From: Camelus dromedarius
Lineage: Eukaryota
DNA length: 64,000 bases
Assembly: GCF_036321535.1 (NCBI RefSeq)
Contig: NC_087437.1
Coordinates: 39,248,001-39,312,000, forward strand
Reading direction: 5' to 3'
Part shown: positions 53,990 through 64,000 of the stretch, piece by piece
Layout: every line of letters begins with the position of its first letter
Position numbering within the stretch: position 1 is the first letter of the stretch
The notes under the pieces: generated by a model
The model's database searches: none
The model's input: only the letters and a program-made list of their open reading frames with translations
What the model was told of the DNA's origin: nothing
Position numbers and translations under genes: made by a program

Positions 53990-55160
53990 GTTAGTTTCAA
54001 AGAATACTTTTCAGTCATTCTGCTTAACATCTTGACTGTAATGACCTCTTCTTCCTTCCTGACACTCTCTCTTCCTTGAGTGGTAAGACCCAACTTTCTC
54101 TTGGTTCTCTTCCATCTCTGGGATGACTGCTTAACCGTTTTTAGACTTTCTCTCTGTCCACCTCCAAAATTTTAATGATCTTCAGAGTTCTGGCTTTGAC
54201 CCTTTCTCCACTCCCTCCTGTGTGGTCTCTTTCACTTGCACAGCTTTACCTACTGCAGTTAGCTAGGATTGAATGTTGTCCACATCAGTAGCACTGAATC
54301 AGATCACTCTCCTCGTTCTTGAACCCAGAGGTCCAGCCACTGCCTGACCTCCTCACTGAGGATGTCCCCCAGCACTGCAAACTTAGTGAACCTAAAATTA
54401 AGTGTATCTCCCTTCCTACCCTCCACCCCACAACTTTCTTCTTCTCTGAGTAGTACTGACAGCTCAGGCCACCCATTCTCCAGGCCAGTCTGGTAAATCT
54501 GGAATCACTCATGACTCCCTCTCTCTGATGCCACCCCTCAGGTTCCCCAGTGGGACCAACGGGCAATTTCTCCATAGTATCTCCCTAAGAGCAATCCCAT
54601 TATGACTACTTGCATTCAGGCCCTTGGCATTTTTTAAAGAAAGTTTTATTGTGATTATCTGTTTACTGGTATCATCCTTCATACTTGCCCCCTTTAATCC
54701 ATTATCTTAATGACTGCCAGAAACATCTTTTGAAAATATAATAAAAAAAATTCTTACCATCCTTAAAAATGCTTATTGTCTCTATATATCCTTTAGAATT
54801 AACCCAAAATTCTTATTATGGCTTATAAGATGCCTCAAGATCTGACTCGTGGTTACTTTTGACTTACCTGCCATTTTCTACTCTGTACTTCATTCTCCAG
54901 ATACAGACACACTGAAATTTGCAGTTCCTTAAGTATACCAGAAGTTTCCACATTCCCACACCTTTGTCTTAGTGTTCCATCTGTCAGACACTCCCTGCTT
55001 CTGCAGTGCTTGTCCCTGGGTTTGAGTGCAAGTCAACACGTTCCCCTCTCACCTCACAATCTTTCCTCATCTCCCCCAACTTCACTTAACTTCTCCTCCC
55101 TTTCAATGCAAAGTTTGGAATCACCTCTTCTGAGAAGACTTTCCAGATCTACTCCCATAT
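53990..55160 (+). mobile_element. L2 (3' portion); tail resumes at about 55650-55790
   Basis: ccttcctgacactctctcttcc...aaatctggaatcactcatgactcc...ctgccagaaacatctttt...tcacctcttctgagaagactttcc; tail ctcagtacctagcatgtgtctg. Confidence 0.7.
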
Positions 55161-55179
55161 GTATAATCCAAATTTGTCA

Positions 55180-55640
55180 ACTGTTTTAGAAGATTTAAAG
55201 ATTATTTCAGTGGTGGGACACAACATAAAGACACTCAGATAGATGAAAGGAAGAACTCTTTGTTACTTAAAGTTCCAAATGAGAGAAAGGTGCCATTCAG
55301 GGCTACCCACTGGACTACATCCAAGACAAAATAACAAGCTAGTTGTTCACAAAGGAGGCAGCTTATATGGCCAGTGGGGGTGGATTCAGGCTAAGCTCAC
55401 AGTCCTCCTAGAGACTGGATATTTTAAATAATTCCACAACTCCAAGGAAGGGGCCATCCCTGGGTGTTAGGTATCTGGGAACCTCTGACAGTTGGATATG
55501 TGTGTATCTTCACTCTAGAATGTCTGATAAGGGAAGTAGTTGGGGTGGGGGCTTAGCAAACTGACTGCAAAGGGGGAACTGAGAATTTTGAGCCATGACC
55601 TCAAACCCAAGGCTAGACAGCACTTGTGAAATGTTACATT
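55180..55640 (-). mobile_element. LTR-like insertion, family not assigned
   Basis: Interrupts the L2; ctttgttactta resembles an antisense polyA signal; ends tgttaca. Confidence 0.4.
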
Positions 55641-57024
55641 ATACCACCACATACAGCCAAGGGCCCATCTCTAACACAGAGCCTCTCCCAATGGATTTAT
55701 CCTCTCGTCTATTGCCCCCAATAGAATTTACTCTCTTTTGTATTCTCAGTACCTAGCATGTGTCTGAAATAAAGTGTTTACTTTTATTAGATGACTCTGT
55801 ATTGATTCCGTGTTTAAAATATACAGATCCTTGCAACAAATTATGCTTTGTTTAGATGTAGGAGCATTTTGCCTCTCTGACAATCTGCTTCTCTTTATTA
55901 GATAAGAAGAATTATACAATGCATGGCTTTGGCTCCTAGGAAACCCAGCATGTAGGCTTAAATGCAGAGATTCCATTTAACCTATATTCCTAATTTAGCT
56001 TTCTCTACCCCACTTCGTAACATGGCTTTTGTTTTTCTGCAGTGGTTATTTTTTGTGCCTTCTCCCTCCTTTTAAGCCTTAGCTTTGGTGGTTCTATTAT
56101 AAATATGTTTTAGACAGTACACTGCCTCAAATTATCTTTGTAAGTAGATGGAATATGCACGTAATAGAACCAACTAAATTTAAGCTTAGATTTGTCACTT
56201 GGCTTCTTGTGAAAGTCTCATGGACAGTATTTGAAACCCTAAGTATAACACAGATATGAACTTGCCATTTGGTGGGATGATTTGCATACTGGTTCTCTGA
56301 AATCCCAGGTCTCCTGTCAATGTCAGAGCATATCTGGGGGACAAAGACTGGCCTCTGAACCACAAGAGTGGGAAAACTTCCTCAGATTTTGTAGAGCCTA
56401 GAGCCTGGTGCTGAGCAGCCACTTTGTAAAGATAGGATATTTGTATGATTATGAATGGGAGTCCAGGGCAAAGCTGTGATCAAAATCCAGGGTGTCATTT
56501 CCAGTCACAGGATAAAGACAAGGAGTAAGACACAAAAGCCAAGGGAAAGGGCTGGGGCCACTAATCCTCGGTACCTACATACACATTCTGAGAATTTGAG
56601 TTCTGAAAGCAAAGTGGTGGTGCTGTCGACAAGCACGGGCCCAAGGTAGGGTTCAAGTTTGAGCCAAAGAAGGAGATAGGCAAGAAAGGAGTTTGAACTC
56701 TGACACTGAGAGCATTTTAGGGAACATCTCTTCAGTAGTCATGAGACAAGAATAAGACCATTGACCTAACAATCAAGTCTGCATGTCTCCTGCCCCTGCA
56801 GGCTTGCTGGTTTGGGTGGATTAAGGCTGCTGGGGCATGGAGCATACCCAGGAAAAGGCAGGGCTCCTTGAGGCTCAGTCCTCTGGGTCGAAGTGTCATC
56901 TAGATGCTGTGCAAGCTTAGTCCAAGTACGTTCTTTTCAGACACATTAATTAATCCAGAGATTCAAACTCTTGAATCTAAGTAATTAGACTTTGGAAGTA
57001 ATTTTGGCTATGTCTGCTAGTAAT

Positions 57025-57195
57025 AATAATTACCATGATTTAAAAAATATTATCTCTAATCCTCCCAAAAACCTTAAGAGGTAGATACGATTACTCTCGT
57101 TTTAAAGATAACGAAACTGGGGTTCACAGAGGTTAATGTTACAGCTTTGGAATCACAGGCGTGGGTTTACAGGCTTGCAGATTACCACTCTGAAA
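57025..57195 (-). mobile_element. MIR fragment
   Basis: taatcctcccaaaaaccttaagaggtagatacgattactctcgttttaaagataacgaaactggggttcacagaggttaa. Confidence 0.7.
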
Positions 57196-57649
57196 TCAAG
57201 CATGACGGTGTACTGAAGTGTGCTTCACACTTTTTGAAGGGGAAAAAGGAGTTGAGTACATCTGCCGTGTAACCTTTGCTAAGCTGCTCTCTTCTGGGCT
57301 AGATGGTATGGTAATTTAGTCTTATTTCATCCCAAGTTTGGGAATTTAAGAAGATTCTCTGTGTTCCCTCTTGGAAATAAAAGTTGGCTCATTCTGTGAA
57401 CTCCCACACTGGTTGGTCTCGGCTGTGGTGGGCTGGCCTTCTGTCTGGGCAGGAATACAAGTCAGACTCTTAAGCTTTCACAACAGAATGTCAACCTTGC
57501 CTCCCTGGTGTCTGGTGTCTAAACCTTATGGCTCTCACTTCAATCGACAATGTAGAAATTCTGCACCGCAGGCCTGTGTTAGAGGATTTGACTGTGAGCT
57601 GAATGGGAGCCAGCATTCATCCAAATCTCCCTTCAGACATCTGAAATAC

Positions 57650-57950
57650 AGAGTGCATAGCAGAAGGATCATAAGCCTTGGCACCGAAAGCTCTAAGTCA
57701 GAATCTCAGCTTTGCACCTACTAGCTGTGTGAGCGTGGGCATGTTGTTAAATGATAACAATGGCTAATATTTATAGAATATGTATGATCTATTGGGGCAC
57801 TGCATTAAGCTTCTATTCACCATTTCATTTAAACCTCATAAAACCTGGGGAAGTGAGTTCTCTTCTTCTCACTGTTTTAGCAATGGGAAGAAATAAGACT
57901 CAAGAAAGTTTAAGCAACTTGAGGAAGGACACTCAGCTTGTGGGTAGTAG
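57650..57950. mobile_element. Two abutting MIR fragments in opposite orientation
   Basis: gaatctcagctttgcacctactagctgtgtgagcgtgggcatgttgttaa (+), then aatggctaatatttatagaa...agactcaagaaagtttaagcaactt (-). Confidence 0.65.
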
Positions 57951-60244
57951 ACAATGGGATATGTCTTTTGGGTGGAGTTGCCCAGTTGAATCCAGTGATG
58001 TTCAAACAAATAAACATGTCTGTTCAAAAGGAAGGTGTTGGGATGTTTGGACTTGCTTTCGTAGGAAGGAAAAGACACCAATTAAAATGTAAAGGACTCA
58101 CAATGCAGAGCTGTGTGGAAAATGGATTAGGCAGATATGGAATCAAGGAGAACCTGTAGAGATTCTTGCCTTAAGGCTGGACTGGTGAGCGGTCCTGGTA
58201 CTTTGGACTGTCACAGTCAAGACACCAGAAAGCTGCAGGGTTTTTTGTTTTTTGTTTTTTGTTTCTTCTATCTGTTTCCAACCATATGAATTTTATTTTA
58301 CAAAGTAGTGTATCATACACAATTTTATAGTTTAATTTTTCACAATTTTAAAGTAGTTTTATCAAAGTCAGTATAACCATTTGAACATACATGCTAAGAA
58401 CATGGGATTTGCATCAGATGCTAAAATTTTGCTGTATTATTTAATAACAACCTAATGATTTGTAATGAAGTAAAAAGAAAAGGGTTCCAAGACTTATTCT
58501 TGTTTGACATTGTTCAGATTTTGATTGGAAAGTTTTATATTGTATGTTTTCGTATTCACCAGAAGCCTTCATCATGCTGGCCCCGACCAAATGAAAGCCA
58601 CAGATGATGAGCCAATAGCAAGAGTGCCTTTGCCTGTTCTGCTTTGCCATAATCTCAGTGCCCACTTTCATTTATTTTAGAAATGAATACAGTACATGGC
58701 TCAAACTTTTAATAATTGCAATGGAATGGTTTGAGTGATTTTCTGCCTCTAACATTTTCTCTATTGTATGTTGTGAAAAAAATATCTAAGATTTCAGCAT
58801 TTCTCCTGGATTCAAGGGAAACAAATGCATGTTTATTGTAATAACAAACTGACTAATTACTCCTCTTTTGTCTGGGGAGAATGCATTGATTCCTACAACT
58901 CACCTTTTTAAAATTCTTGAAGTTTCAAAACCGTCAAATTTCAACCTGGCCTTATTTCCAAAAGAAAATGATTTACTAATCTCCCTTATTTTTCATTATA
59001 ACTTTTATATGAGACCTGGTGGTGTAAGAACTACAGTATTTCATCTCTTGGTATTTCCGCAGGACTAGTGATGGTTGCTAAGTGCCACGTCACATACATT
59101 CCAGGACAATGGAAGAAGCAGTTGTGCCCTCGGCCTCTGCAGCTCCACTCGGAATATCAAAACAGACTGTCCTGCTTTGTCACACAGTTGCTTAGGACCA
59201 CGGTATAAGGAATTTAAACTTGTATGGAATCATCGAAATAGAAAATTTAAGATGAGGAAGAACAGGCTTCCTTCATTCCAGTGACTGACATAGTTGCTAA
59301 CCCTTCTCCTTGTAGAAAGCATGAATTAATAATTGCAGAATCTCCAGTTCAGTAGGATACATCTTACATTGGAAGCAACAATTACGAGATCAAGAATAAT
59401 TGATATTCCATGTAACCCATTAAAACAGGTCTCATTTAATGCAATATGGTTTAAAATTGTATCTCTTTCAAGTCGGCTAACCTGAATGTAGGCACCCTTT
59501 TTTGCACTTTACAGCAAAACTGAGCAATTCCCTCAACCATCTCCATCAGAGGACCTTGAACCGAGAGCACGTGTTTAATGATGCCTGGACTAGCTATTGA
59601 TTAAACACTGGCAATGTTCAGAGGAATTGAGAATCAAAAAGCCTCCCCACGGCCAGCTCTGCCATGCTCACTTCTTAATAGATGGCAAAGGAGGATTCTA
59701 AATGAGATCTGCTGCCCGGCTCGTCCTCAGAACTCCACAGGCAGTGGGATTAATTTCTGTTTCACAGTCCTTTCAAACTACTGTATCTAAAATGTCCAAA
59801 ATGAATACAGATGTCCTTCCTTTTTTATTTCCTTGTTCCTTCTTTTTGAGGAAAAAAAAAATTTCTCATATGAATTTAATGCCTAGAATGGTAACACTTC
59901 AAATGTGGAATGAATGAAAGTTCACCATTAATTAATACATAAAGAATAGAACAAATGCTGGGAAGATAATTCAGGCTGAGTAATTCCCCAAATCAAGCAA
60001 GCAAACAACAACCAAAAGGTTAAAAGAAAACGGTGAGTAAGAGAGGATAAAAAGGAGAAAAAGGATTTGAAGCCAGAACTAATATTCACACTGCCATTGC
60101 TCTGTTGAGTTGGTTAGTATCCAGAGGCTCAGATATTTTTAGGGTATTCTTTTGTCTGGGTGGGAGATTGTGACCCAGAGCTGTGAAGTAAGGCTGTTTC
60201 TACACTTAAAAAAATGTGATTTTCAATGGTGGAACCACCCAGCT

Positions 60245-60535
60245 GTTTTACCTTCAACAAACATTGATGGAACACCTAAAGTGTGTCAGGCACATTGCTT
60301 GGTGCTTTCCCTTTTAAAGGTGTTTATTCTGCCCCCAACAATCCTGTGAAATACTCATTATAATCTTTTTAAAGATGTGAAAACTGAAGCTCAGAGGAAT
60401 TAAATAAATCTCCTATTATCAAACAATCAGTAAATAGGCGAGACTAAAGTCACGCTGCTAGAAACGGTCAGAGCAAGGATTAAAGTCCAGATATTTTGAA
60501 TGATATTCTCTTGAGCTAAATACCATATAATACCA
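60245..60535 (-). mobile_element. L2-tail/MIR composite
   Basis: ttcaacaaacattgatggaacacct...tgtcaggcacattgct; aagatgtgaaaactgaagctcagaggaattaa. Confidence 0.6.
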
Positions 60536-61614
60536 TCCTTAGCTTAATAATACACATTTAATGAAATTTCCTGCGTGAAGCTCAGATTTTTTTTATTGTT
60601 GTTTGTTCTTTTCCTTTTTTTTATATTTCCTAAGGATTACATCCTCCGGTTAAAAAATATTTGGAAGGACAAACAAACAAGATAAATAGGGAGAGAAGAG
60701 AGGAGCACTGAGCAGCAACTGGTGTTATCTAGGCTTCTTTCATTTCAGGTTTTTCTCTTCGTAATTGAGGCCCTGCTACTTTTTGTTACCTGTTCGTATC
60801 ACAGCGCACATATTACACACAGACACACACACACACCTCAATGTATAGCAAGCTAAAAGCATTTGCAAAACTCACTTTAATTGTGGCAGATACCTTCCGA
60901 TATTTACATGAATGTATATAAACATGGAATCTTTTTTCTCTTCTAAGTAATACTGACATTAATATTTATTTGCATGTATGGTCTAGATATTTTATTGTTT
61001 TGTGGGCAAGATTTCAAGCAGGAGGATTAAAGTAGAAGTTAAAAGAAAGCATATTTTAAAAAATTCTTGAAACCTATTGTTAAAATGTTTTCAGATTTTA
61101 ATACGATTTACTGATCCATTACCACTGAATGCTAGTTCCTAGCTTATTCTTACTGGCATCAAATTTTATTGTCCCTTTCAATGCTTACAAATTTGATAAC
61201 TGAAACCATGCACATACTTTTACTTCTTAAGTTTGGATTCTAAAAATATACATGTCATTTGTATTTCTTTTTATGAGTTTGCTGCTAAGATACTTAGTCT
61301 AATTTTTTAAAATTGTGAATTTCATCTTATACGTATATTGCTTTATCCAGCAAACATAATAATTATCTGTCATATTTGTTACAAATGTTGTCATAATTTT
61401 TGAGCATAAAAGGAATATGTGTGTATCACAATTTAGAATATATATAAGAAAAAATAGAAAATAGTAAAAAAATCAAAACCATCACTCAGAATTAACCAGT
61501 GTCAATATTTTTGTTATACTAAGTGAGAATTTGGGTACTGAGATTTGGAAAGATTCTTGGGGCAGAACTAGAGACAAATCTAATAGACATTCCGTGTACT
61601 TCCAACACTTTTGC

Positions 61615-61693
61615 TGTCTATCTGTCTACCTACCTACCTATCTGTCTGTCTATCTATAATCTATCTATTTATTAGTATCAATCAATCATCTAT
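61615..61693. repeat. Degenerate (TCTA/TCTG/CCTA)n repeat
   Basis: Read directly. Confidence 0.8.
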
Positions 61694-62847
61694 ATGGTTT
61701 TAAGAGCTCTCAAACTAGGACTGCCTGCTCTCTTTTCTCAGCAAATGAGATTGTATCTGAATTCTTTGAATTGTAATAAAATGGAAAGCTGGGACTCCAA
61801 GGGAAGGACTCATCAAAGGGCTCCAGGGCTCTGTATTCCCTAATTCTAACAATGCCACACTTCATCGACCCTAACATAGCTGCTGCAAGACGCTGGGGTT
61901 CTTTTCTGTGCCCCAGCGCTAGTGCAGAAGAAGTTCTTTGTAGAGGGCCGCTAGTCACTGAGGTTTTCCAACGGAGACAACCAAGCAACTGTTCCAACTG
62001 AGAAAGCTTCTGACTTTTAACATGGTTTTGTTCAGGACAAGAAATTAAGGGCCTGTGGCCACATTAATTCAATATATTTTTAAACTTGGGGGCATTAGTG
62101 GATAATTATTTCCATGATATTATGTACAAATGCATAATTTTTAAGACCCTCAAACATTGATCTTAAAGAGGAAATTTTGAAGAGAACAATTAGGCAAACA
62201 TGATTATCAATCTTCAAAAAGGATGATTAACATGATGCAGAATTCCCTATCTTTACCGTAGGTTTGGAAAGCAGTTTCTTAAAGAGGGGCATGTAAGCCT
62301 CGAGGAGACAATGTCCTCAGTTTGCTAATCTGTCTTTCTCCCACAAGCCAGAAAAATGACAAAGCGTTAAGAGCCTTGAATGTGAGTTAACATACATTTC
62401 TTTTTCTTTTCCAACAGAAATGAAATCATACTTTATAAAACTTCTGGAAACTCTCTTTAAAATTAATATATGTCCTCTTCAATGCTGTTATAATTTGACA
62501 AAATCATTTTTAATGACTGACGCTCAATTTTATGTTAAAGAATGTCTTTAATGACTTACCTGTTTGTGGACTTTTTCGTGTGTTCTCTCTCTGTTGCTGT
62601 AGTGAACACAGTCACTGTTGAGCACATTTATAGCCAAATCTTTGAGCATCTCCAAAATTATTTCCTTAGAATGAATCAACATACATAGAATGACTACCTC
62701 AAAAGTGATGTTTATTGTCCACTTATCCTCCAGAAAGTAATCTAAATTTCTATCAGCCATATTTTGGGAAAATCTGCCCTTTTTCTTTATGGCCAAACAA
62801 GACTTACACAATATATTTTATTTTATCACTTTTCCCAATATGATAGG

Positions 62848-63245
62848 TGTCATTGTTTGGGTTTCCTAAAAAACAGACTTCAAGATTTTTGTGCAAAAGT
62901 TTTACTGGAAACAACACAAGTGAGGGATTAGGAAACAGGACAAGGCCGAAAGAGAAATTGAAGTGCGATGCAATTTCAGCAAGAATTCTGCCAACCTTAT
63001 CATTTGAGAGCTAGAGTGTTCCTTCAAAATTGTCCAGTCTTGAGGCGGGGCACTGGTACTTGATACCCTTGAAACAAGCTGTAGGCTGCCTTGGGAGGCG
63101 AATGACCTTGAGTGAGGAGCTTTTCTTCAGCTGAGGGCAGCTCTTCTGGAGAAGGACTTGGCCATGAGCTGTGTGCTGCCAACACGTCCAGCAGTTGAGG
63201 AATGAACGTGGTTCAACTGGGAGGTGTTGCCAGAGCTGCTACCAT
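62848..63245 (-). mobile_element. ERVL LTR (LTR16A-like), putative 3' LTR
   Basis: tgtcattgtttgggtttcctaaaaaacagact...agaaattgaagtgcgatgcaa...tgaccttgagtgaggagcttttcttcagctgagggca. Confidence 0.75.
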
Positions 63246-63466
63246 GCTTTGTGCCACTCAGATCGACTTGCTTTTTGTAATAATTAGTGGGAACAGGTCC
63301 TCCAGGATTCTGGTTGCTTTCTTTCCCAGGAAAATTTGCAAGAGTAAGATTAGTGAAATGAGCCGCAGTCCCTGCCACGGCAGCTGGTCTAGAGGCTGAA
63401 ACCAATGCTTAGCATTTTCTTCTCATTACAGTTGTAGCTTTTTCTCACCCTGCTTCCATTACCAAG

Positions 63467-63896
63467 TGTTGTAGGTAGAGCTCTCTGGGAAACAGACTAG
63501 AGGTGTGCACACAAGACATTTACTGAAGAGCACCCTTGGGAACAACACATGTGAGAGGTAAGGGTAGCAGAATGGAGCAAATGGCTGAGTGAATTGAGAT
63601 GCAGTTGCAACCAGCATCAGGCAATTCTGTGGAAACTTCAGAGCTAGAATAGTTTTTCAGATTGGCCCCATCTTTACCCAAGGTGGCAGGAATTTGTACT
63701 AGTACTGGGCCAGTCATTGGAGGCAGGCTGCTCAAATAGGGCATGGGACCTTGGGCAAGGTGGCTCTCTCCAGCTGATGACACGTCTAGAGAGGGACTAG
63801 CTGAAATCCATCAGCTGCCAATACCCCTAGTGGCTGAAGTAATGAACATTCCAGTCCCAGATAGGATCTGGGCAATGCACAGTGATATCCCTTACA
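63467..63896 (-). mobile_element. ERVL LTR (LTR16A-like), putative 5' LTR
   Basis: tgttgtaggtagagctctctgggaaacagact...gaccttgggcaaggtggctctctccagctga...ggatctgggcaatgcacagtgatatcccttaca. Confidence 0.8.
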
Positions 63897-64000
63897 GTAG
63901 TTTAAAATGGCATCTCATAATTACTGTAATTTGTATTATTGGATATTTGATATGTCTATTAACATATACATTCCTTCCTTTTGAATTGCCTGCATATTTC

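Larger units (their letters stand above)
62400..64000 (-). mobile_element. Ancient L1 (L1ME-like) fragment split by the LTR block at 62848-63896
   Basis: ttatttccttagaatgaat...ttatcctccagaaag...ttttcccaatatgatagg | tttaaaatggcatctcat...taatttgtatt is colinear antisense L1. Confidence 0.6.

Noticed and set aside
57190..57215. miR-551b, known to lie in an EGFEM1 intron; gaaatcaagc matches the start of its 5p arm
   Set aside because: The match stops after about 10 nt and I did not find the 3p arm GCGACCCATACTTGGTTTCAG by eye; a BLAST against miRBase would settle it.
59040..59160. Possible additional exon after the acceptor-like tatttccgcAG
   Set aside because: I found no EGF-type cysteine pattern in the downstream frames and no other support.

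Overview
This is AT-rich, CpG-poor mammalian DNA, most likely from a camelid: a tRNA-derived SINE at about 35.7 kb resembles the Camelidae Vic-1 family. It reads as the interior of one very large + strand gene. The only coding feature I can support is a 123-bp phase 1-1 exon at 45868-45990 encoding a calcium-binding EGF domain ([41 protein letters not shown]). From memory it matches EGFEM1, which is protein-coding in mouse and a pseudogene (EGFEM1P) in human; the ORF track misses this exon. The rest is intron filled with interspersed repeats: L1, L2, MIR, ERVL/MaLR/ERV1 LTRs, hAT and Tigger DNA transposons, and microsatellites. Repeat family names come from remembered consensus sequences and the boundaries of old repeats are approximate, so RepeatMasker/Dfam should confirm them. 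I found no convincing novel multi-gene system. The most notable structures are a near-perfect 99-bp tandem duplication that doubles an overlapping ETS/CRE motif, a possible miniature two-LTR ERVL element, a twin-primed inverted L1, and a microsatellite grown out of a transposon target-site duplication (TSD).
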